Below, in pieces: positions 41,205-50,140 of a DNA stretch of 64,000 nt. The first letter of the stretch is position 1. Each line of letters begins with the position of its first letter. A program made the translations under genes and the position numbers. The notes beneath the pieces are model-generated. The model saw only the letters and a list, made by a program, of their open reading frames with translations, did no database searches and had not been told where the DNA came from. This DNA comes from an uncultured Gemmatimonadales bacterium (GTDB lineage: Bacteria > Gemmatimonadota > Gemmatimonadetes > Longimicrobiales > RSA9): NCBI GenBank assembly GCA_963708135.1, contig OY970192.1:3008001-3072000 (forward strand), given 5' to 3'.

Positions 41205-41573
41205 CTAATCCCGCTTCTTCTCCCGGCCGACGAAGAGGGTCAGCACGATGCTCACGATGGTGACGACGAGCGCGCCGACGAAGGCGGGGAGGAACCCGGC
41301 CACGTGGAACTGGAGCCCGAACGCGGTGGAGATCGCGCTCGTGAGCCAGAGCATCAGCGCGTTCAGGATGAGGAGGAAGACGCCGAGGGTGAGGACGACG
41401 AGCGGGCACGTCAGGAGCACGAGCAGCGGCCGCACGACGGCGTTGACGATGCCGAACACGAGGGCCACGCCGAGCAGCCCGGGGCCGTGACCGTAGTACT
41501 CGATGCCCGGGACGATGGCCACGGCCACCCAGAGGGCGGCCGCGTTGATGACCAGGCGGAGCAGAAATCGCAT
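41205..41573 (-). CDS. DUF360/YvlD-type 4-TM membrane protein ('phage holin family' annotation)
   Basis: VNAVVRPLL..LTCPL..LTLG.F..ILNALML. Confidence 0.85.
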   Translation of the reverse strand: MRFLLRLVINAAALWVAVAIVPGIEYYGHGPGLLGVALVFGIVNAVVRPLLVLLTCPLVVLTLGVFLLILNALMLWLTSAISTAFGLQFHVAGFLPAFVGALVVTIVSIVLTLFVGREKKRD

Positions 41574-41795
41574 GAGAGGGTGCGCTCCCGTGGAGGTGGA
41601 CGCTGCGGGGCCGAAGCTCCGCGCGGCGGGCCCGGCGCGCAACCCGCCGTCCCGCCCATCCCTACGGTCCGGTCGAGCGGCCCGTTTCAGGGACGGGGTC
41701 CGCTCCGCCGCCGACCCGGCAGCGGCAAACACCGCGAACGCCGCCGACCTGGAAGGCCGGCGGCGTTCGCGGTGCTGGGTATGGCGGCAATCAGC

Positions 41796-42839
41796 TCACG
41801 AGCTCAACGCGCAGTATCCGCCGCTGGCGTTCACCCAGTTCTGCTGGACCAGGAAATCCTTCGTGCCGAGCCTCATGTTGGCCGTCGCGCCGTTGGACGT
41901 GTAGGTGGTGCCGAACGTCCATGCGCACTTGTCGGCGTTCTCGTAGCCGCGACGGTCGTACCACGCGTTGCCGTTCATGTCCGTCGTGGTCTCCTCCGTC
42001 TCGTGCGCCAGCGTGTTGACCTCGGCATCCGCGCCGTAGTCGTTGTTGGCGGAGCCGGCGCTGCCGAGAACCGAGCAGGAGCTCGGGTAGGCATAGTCGT
42101 ATGGCATGGCCGCGTACAGCACCGTCTTTGACTGCCCGTTCACGCTGACCGTGGCCCAGCCGTGGTAGGCGCAGTACTGCGAGCCGAAGCCGCCGCCGAG
42201 ATTGACCTTCCCCGCCGTGAAGATCGCGTACAGCGTGCTCGCGTCGTAGCTGAGCTTGCCCGAGTCGAAGCCGCTCTGCAGCATGGCGATCATCTGGCCG
42301 TCCGAGACGCTCTGCGAGCCGGACGGCGCGTTGGTGTTGTTCGCCCAGAAGCCGCTGTACGTCACCGAGTTCGCGATGCTCCCGCCGGACCCATCCGTGT
42401 ACGTGCTGTTGATGCCGAAGTACGGCGAGCCGCCCAGGTGGCTCAGGAAGTAGCCGATCAACGAGCCGTCCTGCGAGGCGCTGCCGGTCGCGCCCGGCGC
42501 CGGTCCGCCGTTGTAGATCGTGCTACCCGCCCAGTACACGGCCACGACCTTCGTCCCCGAATGGAGCACCGGGCCGCCGTGGTAGTCGATCCCGTTGCTG
42601 GTGCTGTGGTGGCCCCCGCCGCCCCCACCGCCCGGCCTCGCGCCATGCGCGGCGTTGAAGTCGATCGCCGCCTGCGCCCGGGTCGGCATGACGTGGACGT
42701 GGGCGTTCATCCAGCCGGGCTGGACCTGCACCGCGGCGGAAAGAGGGGGGGTGGGATCGGTCAGCGGCTGGGTCGAGTCCGAGCAGGCGGACAACGCGGC
42801 CAGGCCAACCGACGCTGCGACGAGCGCGGTTACACGCAT
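41796..42839 (-). CDS. secreted lipoprotein resembling the Phi-1/EXORDIUM family
   Basis: LSAC lipobox; YHGGPVL, YCAYH, AHETEETTTD, ENADKC and FLVQQNW..C. Confidence 0.65.
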   Translation of the reverse strand: MRVTALVAASVGLAALSACSDSTQPLTDPTPPLSAAVQVQPGWMNAHVHVMPTRAQAAIDFNAAHGARPGGGGGGGHHSTSNGIDYHGGPVLHSGTKVVAVYWAGSTIYNGGPAPGATGSASQDGSLIGYFLSHLGGSPYFGINSTYTDGSGGSIANSVTYSGFWANNTNAPSGSQSVSDGQMIAMLQSGFDSGKLSYDASTLYAIFTAGKVNLGGGFGSQYCAYHGWATVSVNGQSKTVLYAAMPYDYAYPSSCSVLGSAGSANNDYGADAEVNTLAHETEETTTDMNGNAWYDRRGYENADKCAWTFGTTYTSNGATANMRLGTKDFLVQQNWVNASGGYCALSS

Positions 42840-43098
42840 GTGCGTGGACCTCCATGAGAGGAACGAACGGTGTGGCTGGTTCGGTTTCGTCAGCCGCGAC
42901 GAGGGCCGGGTGAAGCACTTGCGGGGAGGCAAGCGGGATCGTGCAACCGGCCGGGCCGACAGCGAATGATGGCGCCGGTCGCGGCAGCCGTCAAGCGTGG
43001 CGGCGGCCGGCCCTAAACAGACGTTCACGGGCGACCGGGCCGCGACTGCCGCCGCCGCGCGACGGGACCGCGCCGGCGCAGCGGGTCCGGCGAGTCGC

Positions 43099-43959
43099 TC
43101 AGGACCAGACCCGGACGAGCCCCTCCTGCGCGACGGACGCGACCAGCACGCCCTGGCGGGTGAAGATGCTGCCGCGCACGAAGCCGCGGGCGCCGGCGGC
43201 CGCGGGCGAGTCGATGGAGTAGAGCAGCCAGTCGTCCACGCGGAAGGGGCGATGGAACCAGAGGGCGTGGTCGAGAGTGGCCACCTGGACGTTCGGCTGG
43301 CGGAAGGAGAGGCCGTGGGGCAGGAGCGCGGTGCCGAGCAGGCCGTAGTCGGAGGCGTAGGCGAGGATCGCCTGGTGGTGCAGGAGCTCGTCGCCGACCT
43401 CTCCGATGGCGCGGATCCACATGTGGCGGAGCGGCGGGCGCGGCTCGGGGTCGAAGGGATCGACCATGGAGACGGGGCGGAAGTCGATCGGCCGGTCCTG
43501 GGTCAGGACGGGCCGGAGCGCCTCGGGGATGCGGTCGGCCATGGCGCGGATCGCCTCCACCTCGGACTGGAGCGTCTCGGGCGCGGGCACGTCGGGCATC
43601 GGCTGTTGGTGCTCGACGCCGGGCTCGAGCTTCTGGAAGGAGGCGGACATGTTGAAGATGGCGCGGCCGTGCTGGATGGCCGTGACGCGCCGGGTGGTGA
43701 AGCTCTTCCCGTCGCGCAGCCGGTCCACGAAGTAGACGATCGGCAGCGCGAGCTCGCCGGGGAGCAGGAAATAGCCGTGCATCGAGTGCGCCGGCCGGTC
43801 CTCCTCGATCGTGCGGCGGGCCGCCACGAGCGACTGCGCGAGCACCTGGCCGCCGAAAACCCGTCCGGATCCGATGTCGCGGTTCAGGCCGCGGAAGATG
43901 TTGTACTCGATCGGCTCCATGTCGAGCAGCTCGATCAGATCCTCCGCCTGGAATCTCAT
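43099..43959 (-). CDS. tesB: acyl-CoA thioesterase II
   Basis: VFGGQVLAQ, HGYFL, RDGKSF, YASD, LDHALWFH and VAQEG. Confidence 0.92.
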   Translation of the reverse strand: MRFQAEDLIELLDMEPIEYNIFRGLNRDIGSGRVFGGQVLAQSLVAARRTIEEDRPAHSMHGYFLLPGELALPIVYFVDRLRDGKSFTTRRVTAIQHGRAIFNMSASFQKLEPGVEHQQPMPDVPAPETLQSEVEAIRAMADRIPEALRPVLTQDRPIDFRPVSMVDPFDPEPRPPLRHMWIRAIGEVGDELLHHQAILAYASDYGLLGTALLPHGLSFRQPNVQVATLDHALWFHRPFRVDDWLLYSIDSPAAAGARGFVRGSIFTRQGVLVASVAQEGLVRVWS

Positions 43960-43996
43960 GGCTCTCCCCCCTTCAACGCCCCCGGCCCACCAGTAA

Positions 43997-44028
<32 letters not shown>

Positions 44029-44257
44029 CCACCCACACCCTCAGCCATACCCCTACCCGCACCCTGTCGTAACGGAAGTCCCCCCGTCCCCCGCGTCAAG
44101 ATGCCGGCCCCGCCGGCGGCGCCGCGAAGCGGCGCCCGACCGCCCCCGAGCGGGGCCGCGTCAGCCTTGACCCCCGCGCCCAGGCGGCAGCAATTTCGAT
44201 GACGGTTCGGCCCCGATTCCGCTCCCTCCCCCGGGGCCCGCCGCCCGCGGAGGTTTC

Positions 44258-45208
44258 ATGCCCGCCCGTGAACAGCGTTCGATCCTGGCCATCCTCGCCG
44301 GCGTCCTTGCCATGGTCCTCGCGTGGATCGAGGCGCGCGGCGCGCACGCCGCGCTGCCCGCGTTCGCGCTGCGCGCCGCCCTCGTCGTCCTGCTGGTCGG
44401 CCCCGCCGCGGTGCTGCCGCACGCCTTCCGCTCGCGACAGCCGGCGGTGGCGCTGATGTACGCGCTGTTCCTGGGGGGCGCGTTCGCCGCGGCGGGCGGG
44501 TGGCTCGAGCGGGCCGACGAGCTCGTGCTGGCGGGTGCGTACTACGCGGTGCCGGGCGTCTTCCTGGCGCTCGCGATCGGCCTGGTCCCGATCCACTGGC
44601 GCGACCGGAGGCGCGACGCGCGGGCCACGCGCGAGGACGAGGCGCGGGCCCGGGTGGGCCGGATCCAGTGGCGCCTCTGGACGGGCTCCGCGCCCGTGGC
44701 GGATGCGGAGATCAGGGAGGCGATCGAGGCGCTGGCGGCCGCGGCGCCAGCGGACGATGAGGAGGCCGCGGCGCTGCTCTTCTCGGCCGTGGCGCCGATC
44801 GCGGGGCGGCGACCGGCGCTCGCGGAGCCGCTTCTGCGGCCGGCGCTCCGGCCGCTCACGCGGCTGGGGCTGCGGCGTGCCGAGACGGTGCTCCACTGGC
44901 TCGACCCGGCGCTGGGCCCCTGGTCGGCGATCGAGCTGGACGACACGGGCCGCACGTGGATCGGGCAGGAGCTGCCGCGCGAGGCCGAGCTGGTCCAGCG
45001 GCTGCTCGACGAGGCCGCGGCGGCGGAGCCGGGCGCGCGGCGGAGGCCGGCGGAAGCCCGCCTGCGCCTTGCCGAGGCGCTCGCGGCCGCCGAGCGGTGG
45101 GAGGAAGCGGCGAAGCTCTTCGAGGAGCTGATGGAGGAGGCGGACCCGCAGGAGGTTCGGCAGATCGACGCGGCACGCGCCCGGGCGCTCGCCCCGCGCC
45201 GGCGCTGA
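44258..45208 (+). CDS. hypothetical membrane protein with C-terminal TPR-like helices
   Basis: GGAGG RBS; 4 N-terminal TMs; helical C-terminus. Confidence 0.55.
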   Translation: MPAREQRSILAILAGVLAMVLAWIEARGAHAALPAFALRAALVVLLVGPAAVLPHAFRSRQPAVALMYALFLGGAFAAAGGWLERADELVLAGAYYAVPGVFLALAIGLVPIHWRDRRRDARATREDEARARVGRIQWRLWTGSAPVADAEIREAIEALAAAAPADDEEAAALLFSAVAPIAGRRPALAEPLLRPALRPLTRLGLRRAETVLHWLDPALGPWSAIELDDTGRTWIGQELPREAELVQRLLDEAAAAEPGARRRPAEARLRLAEALAAAERWEEAAKLFEELMEEADPQEVRQIDAARARALAPRRR

Positions 45209-45246
45209 CGTGGCCGCCGCGGGGCGTCTTCGGCCCCCCGCCCGCT

Positions 45247-45873
45247 CTAGTGGACGATCCCGGACAGATCGAGGTGGGCGTGGCCGTGGGCACCGGCGCC
45301 GTGGGCGTGCAGCCCGGCCACGGCCTCCGCGCGCAGGTTGGCCAGCGCGGCGGTGCCGTGGGCGAGCGCGGCGTCCACGCGCGCCATCGCCACGTCGGAC
45401 GCGTAGCCGAGCTGAACGAGCGTGCCGAGGGTGGCGGTGGCCAGGGCACGGCGGTCGGCGGGCGCGGTCCGCGCCACGTGCGCCACCGCATCCTCGTGGG
45501 CGCCAGCCTGGAGGGCGTCGGCGGTGACGCTCAGGTCGCCGGCCGTGGCGCCGTGGACGCCCGCCCGCGAGAGCACGGTCTGCGCGTGCTGGAGCCCGTT
45601 CAGCCGGGCCGCGACGGCCGCGGCGATGCGGTCCTCGGAGACGCCCTTGGCCTTACCCTCCGCCACCTTGCTCTCGAGGAGCGACGTCGGGATCCCGGCC
45701 TTGGCCGCGCCCTCGATCATGGCCTGGATCCGGGCCTGCGCCTGGGAGCGGGGTGCCGTGGCGCTGGTGGTGGCCGTCGCGTCCGAGGATGTCTTGGCGC
45801 TCGAGGGCTCCTGGGCCGCGAGCGCGGCCGGAACGGCCAGGCTCGCCACGAGCAGCAGGGTCGTGCGTGTCAT
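45247..45873 (-). CDS. secreted hypothetical helical protein
   Basis: Signal peptide; GIPTSLLESKVAEGKAKGV; GGAGG RBS. Confidence 0.65.
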   Translation of the reverse strand: MTRTTLLLVASLAVPAALAAQEPSSAKTSSDATATTSATAPRSQAQARIQAMIEGAAKAGIPTSLLESKVAEGKAKGVSEDRIAAAVAARLNGLQHAQTVLSRAGVHGATAGDLSVTADALQAGAHEDAVAHVARTAPADRRALATATLGTLVQLGYASDVAMARVDAALAHGTAALANLRAEAVAGLHAHGAGAHGHAHLDLSGIVH

Positions 45874-45940
45874 GGTACCTCCCCTTCCAGATATTCCGTT
45901 CGGTCCTCAACCATCAAGACGATCGAGCGCCCCGCCGGCG

Positions 45941-46528
45941 TCACATCGGCAGCCCATCCTCCTCGAGAAGCCGGGCGCGCAGCGCCTCGCGGGCCCGGTG
46001 GACCCGCATCTTCATGGCGCTCGGCGTGACGCCGGCGATGTCCGCCATCTCGTCGTACGCGTAGCCGGCCAGGTGCTTGAGCAGGAAGGCATCGCGGAGC
46101 AGCGGCGGCAGCGCGTCGAGCGCGCCGGCGAGCGTCTCGCGCAGATCATCCTCCCCGGCCGGTATCACGGCGAGGGCGACGTCGCCTTCCGGCTGCAGGT
46201 CCAGCGGGACGTGGGAGCGGCGGATGTCGCGCAGGTAGTCGAGGCAGCGGTTCCGGACGATGCGCAGGATCCAGGCGCGGAAGCGCGACGGATCGCGGCA
46301 CACCTCGATCGCGGTGTACGCCTTCACCAGCGCGTCCTGCGCGACGTCCAGCGCCGCGTCGTGGTCGAGCCCCATGCCGCGGGCGTGGCGGTACAGCGCA
46401 TCCTGGTGGCGCCGCACGAGCGTGGAGTAGCACTCGCGCTCGCCCGCCCGCACGCGGGCGACGAGCTCGGCGTCCGTGGGCGCGGGACCGCCGCGCTCCG
46501 GGTCGGGATGGCGCCGGGCGAAGCTCAT
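45941..46528 (-). CDS. ECF RNA polymerase sigma factor
   Basis: Region 2 (DVAQD..FRAWILRIVRNRCLD) and region 4 (YDEMA..KMRVHRAR). Confidence 0.92.
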   Translation of the reverse strand: MSFARRHPDPERGGPAPTDAELVARVRAGERECYSTLVRRHQDALYRHARGMGLDHDAALDVAQDALVKAYTAIEVCRDPSRFRAWILRIVRNRCLDYLRDIRRSHVPLDLQPEGDVALAVIPAGEDDLRETLAGALDALPPLLRDAFLLKHLAGYAYDEMADIAGVTPSAMKMRVHRAREALRARLLEEDGLPM

Positions 46529-47682
46529 CCGCGCACCACCAGCACGGCCACCTCGCCGCCCATGCCATCGTCGGTGCGGCCCGGTACCGAAGCGGGCACG
46601 AACCAGGTGCCGTCCGCGTGAACGAAAGCGTAGTGATAGACGCCGGGCGGAATCGGCACGCGGTAGATCCAGCGCCCGCCATCCCGCTGCATCGGCGCGG
46701 GCTTCCAGTGGTTGAAGTCCCCGGCGATACGCGGCCGCTCGGGCGAGTCATCGACCGGCAGCGCGATCAGCGCCGTGCCGTTCCTGTAGGCGGCGGGTAC
46801 CGGCGCCGGTGGGGTGTCGGGAGCGCCCAGTCGGTAGCTCAGCCCGATCCCCCAGGAGGTGTGCGCGGGGATGCCGTAGAGCGGGTCCCAGGTGTCACGG
46901 GCGGCGCTCGCGATGACGCCGGCGCGGTCGCTCAGCGCCAGCTCGGCGCCTACGGACCAGGGGACACCGGACCCGGGCCCTGAGAGCCAGCTCCCGACCG
47001 AGCCGCGCAACGTCAGCCGCGAGAGCGCCACCGCCGCCGCGGCGCCGCCGTACGCGGACACGCCTTCCGCGGCGTCGTAGCGCCGGGCCTCGGCGCGCAG
47101 CAGGACGGTGGGCACGGGCGTGAGCACGAGCGCGGCATCCCCGAGCCGGACGTTGCGGGAGCGGTCGGTCGAGTCGAGCGCGGCGTGAAAGCGGGACAGC
47201 CCGTAGCGCGCCTCGAGGCGGGCCGGCCCGAAGGCGACGCCGGCGACCGGCAGGGCCTCTCCGGCGAGCGCCCACCCGTGCACCGTCCGGTCCGACGTGG
47301 TGGCGCGCCGCGGCCCCGGCAACGGGAAGGGCGTGGTGGTCTCGGTGACGCGCTGCTGCTCGACGAACCCGCTGCCGGCCAGGTCGATGCCGAGGATGAG
47401 CGGGCCGGGCCGCAGCGCCAGGCGGCGGCCCACGCCGCCGCCGCCCCAGAGCGCGTCGCCCTGCGCCAGCGGGATGCCGGCGGAGAGATCCAGCCAGCCG
47501 GCGCGGTCTGTGTAGCCGGCGCCGAGCAGCAGGCCGGCCGAAGCGCCGGTGGCCGCGGCGCCGTCGTAGGTCATGCGGCCGGCTCGCGCCGAGACGCTCC
47601 ACCGCTGCGCGCGCGCGCCGCCGGCGGCGGCGAGCAGCGCGAGCAGGGTGGCGGCGGGCAGGAGCCGGGCGCCCCGGATCAC
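46525..47682 (-). CDS. exported beta-strand-rich protein with C-terminal glycogen-binding (CBM48-like) domain
   Basis: Signal peptide; amphipathic strands; IAGDFNHWKP..PGVYHYAFV..DDGMGG. Confidence 0.7.
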   Translation of the reverse strand: MIRGARLLPAATLLALLAAAGGARAQRWSVSARAGRMTYDGAAATGASAGLLLGAGYTDRAGWLDLSAGIPLAQGDALWGGGGVGRRLALRPGPLILGIDLAGSGFVEQQRVTETTTPFPLPGPRRATTSDRTVHGWALAGEALPVAGVAFGPARLEARYGLSRFHAALDSTDRSRNVRLGDAALVLTPVPTVLLRAEARRYDAAEGVSAYGGAAAAVALSRLTLRGSVGSWLSGPGSGVPWSVGAELALSDRAGVIASAARDTWDPLYGIPAHTSWGIGLSYRLGAPDTPPAPVPAAYRNGTALIALPVDDSPERPRIAGDFNHWKPAPMQRDGGRWIYRVPIPPGVYHYAFVHADGTWFVPASVPGRTDDGMGGEVAVLVVRG

Positions 47683-48383
47683 AGCGCGTCCCCGGCCTGT
47701 GGCGGCAGCACGGCGATGCGGCTGTTGGACCCGCCGAACCCGTCCTCCACGCGCGACGCCACGGGATCGGCCACCCAACGCCGGCCATCCACCACGAAGG
47801 AGTAGTCGTAGAGGCCGGGGTCGAGCGGAATCTCGACCGACCAGATCCCGGGCGCGACCTGGTGCAACGAGATCGAGGGCTTCCAGCCGGTGAAATCGCC
47901 GGCCAGCGCGACATCCTTCGCGCCCGGCGCATCCAGCCGGAAGTGCACGAACACCCGCGCGGCCACGCTCGCGGCCGGCGCCGCGGCGCGCGCAGGGCCG
48001 CGCCGGCCGACCAGCAGCAGGGCCAGGAGCGCGGCCGCGCCCACCAGGGCGTACGCCGGCCGCAGCCGCAACGAGAGCGCGCGCGGCGCCCACAACCAGG
48101 CGAGCGCCTCCCGCCACGCCGACTCCCGGTGCCACCGGTCCTTCTGCCGGTGCACACGGTCCACGCTCATGTGCGCCGCCGCCGCCAGCACCTCGATGCG
48201 CCGCATCACGGCAGGCGCGAGATCGGAAGGCACCTCCCCCGGCACGGCCCGCAAGGCCGCATTGATCGCCTCCTCGTAGCACTCGCGCTCCGCCGCCTCT
48301 TCGGCGCTCAGCTCGTCCGCGTCGAGCTCGCCGTCGAGCACGCGGTGCACCCGCTCCTGCATACGTCCTCCCTCTGCTGCCAT
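47679..48383 (-). CDS. anti-sigma-like TM protein with C-terminal glycogen-binding (CBM48-like) domain
   Basis: VHRVLDGEL N-terminus; single TM; VALAGDFTGW..PGLYDYSFVVDG..ADP..DGFGG. Confidence 0.72.
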   Translation of the reverse strand: MAAEGGRMQERVHRVLDGELDADELSAEEAAERECYEEAINAALRAVPGEVPSDLAPAVMRRIEVLAAAAHMSVDRVHRQKDRWHRESAWREALAWLWAPRALSLRLRPAYALVGAAALLALLLVGRRGPARAAAPAASVAARVFVHFRLDAPGAKDVALAGDFTGWKPSISLHQVAPGIWSVEIPLDPGLYDYSFVVDGRRWVADPVASRVEDGFGGSNSRIAVLPPQAGDAL

Positions 48384-48549
48384 CCGGGGTCCTCGCCACG
48401 CTCCGCGCCGCGTCCCTCCTGAAGGGGCGACGAGCGAGCGCAGCGAATCGTCACATCGGCCACGGGAAGGAGCGTGCCAGCCGCGGGCCGGTCGCGCCCG
48501 CTGGCGCGCGGGAGCCCGGCCGGCCGGGTGGCGGCCGGGCTCGTCTTCG

Positions 48550-49954
48550 CTACGCGTTCAGCAGCAGGTGAACCCAGATGGCGGCGGCATACCCCAGCGC
48601 CACGGCCCAGGTCCAGCGGAGGTGCGAGCGGAACGTGTAGGCGCCGCGGGACTGCCCCATGAGCGCTACCCCCGCCGCGCTGCCGATGGCGAGCATCGAG
48701 CCGCCCACGCCGGCGGTGAGGGTGACGAGCAGCCACTGCGCGAGCGGCATGGCGGGGTGCATCTCGGATGACGGAGAACATGACGGGGATGTTGTCGATC
48801 ACCGCGGAGATGGCGCCCACGACCACGTTGGCAGGGGTGGCGCCGACGCCGGTATAGAGGGCGCGGGAGAGGCCGGCGAGGTAGCCGATCGTGGCCAGTC
48901 CGCCGACGCACATGATGACGCCGTAGAAAAACATGAGCGTGTCCCACTCGGCGCGCTGCAGGATGCGGAAGATGTCGAACACGCGCTCGGGGGAGGCGCC
49001 GCCGGCGCCGGCGGCATCCACCTCGAGGGGTGCGGCGCCCGCGATCGGCGCCGTCTCGAGCAAGGCCCGCCGGCGCAGCCAGAAGCCGTACATGTTCAGC
49101 AGCCCGAGCCCGGTCATCATCCCGAGCACGGGCGGCAGCCCGAGCAGGTTGTAGAAGGTGACCGTGATGACGATGGTCACGGCGAACAGCACCACCGCGG
49201 CCAGGCCACCGGGCCGGATGCGCACGCGCTCGGCGTCCGCCGCCGGCTTCCCGGCAGGCAGCGCGAGCGAGAGGATGACGGCGGGCACCAGCCAGTTGAC
49301 CACGGAGGGGACGAACAGCCGGAAGAACTGCCAGAAGCCCACCAGCCCGGCCTGCCACACCATCAGCGTCGTGATGTCGCCGAAGGGGCAGAAGGCGCCC
49401 CCGGCGTTGGCCGCCACCACAATGTTGATGCACGCGAGTGGCAGGAAGCGGCGGTCACCCTTCCCCACGGTCAGCGCGACGGTCCCGACCACCAGCGCGG
49501 TGGTCATGTTGTCGATCATCGCCGAGATGAAGAACGCGAGCAGCCCCGTGGCCCAGAACACGGCGCGCAGCGAGAAGCCGCGCCGCACCAGCCAGGAGCG
49601 GAACGCATCGAAGACGAGCCGCTCCTCCATCGTATTGACGAACGTCATGGCGACGAGCAGGAACAGGAAGATCTCGCCGAAATCCTCCAGGTTCCGGCGC
49701 GCGAAGGCCGCCGCGGTCAGGGTGTCGCCGCGCAGCGCGTACGCTACGCCGATCAGCCCCCAGATGATGCCCGCCGCCAGCAGCACCGGCTTGGACTTCC
49801 GCAGGTGCAGCTTCTCCTCGTTCATGACCAGGAGATAGGCGACGACGAAGAGCGCCAGCCCGGCAATGCCGGTCCAGTGCCGCGTCAGGTCCAGCGGCCG
49901 CCCCGCCACCGCTTCCGCGGCCGCCGCGGCCTGACCGAATACGACTGATGTCAT
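48550..49954 (-). pseudogene. nhaD: NhaD Na+/H+ antiporter with a +1 frameshift near 48766 (may be a sequencing error)
   Basis: LRKSKP, DNMTT, NAGGAFCPFGDITT and DNIP; C-terminal GVGGSMLAIGSAAG in another frame. Confidence 0.8.
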
Positions 49955-50140
49955 GCCTGAGCGCCCTCCCGATCGGCGGCACCGGCACGCATGGCCGCGG
50001 AATGCGGCACCGCGCCGGTCCCACCACGCTAGGTCTGCGCGCGCCGACACACCAGCGGGAAAACCCCTTCACTCTGTAGGGAGTCGGGGCCGCGTGCGCC
50101 GCGGCCGCCGGGGAGCGCGGGGGCGCCGGCGGGCGGCGCC

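Noticed and set aside
30642..41573. Prophage suggested by the Bor-like and 'holin' genes
   Set aside because: Both families are common in chromosomes, they are 10 kb apart, and no phage structural or replication genes are present
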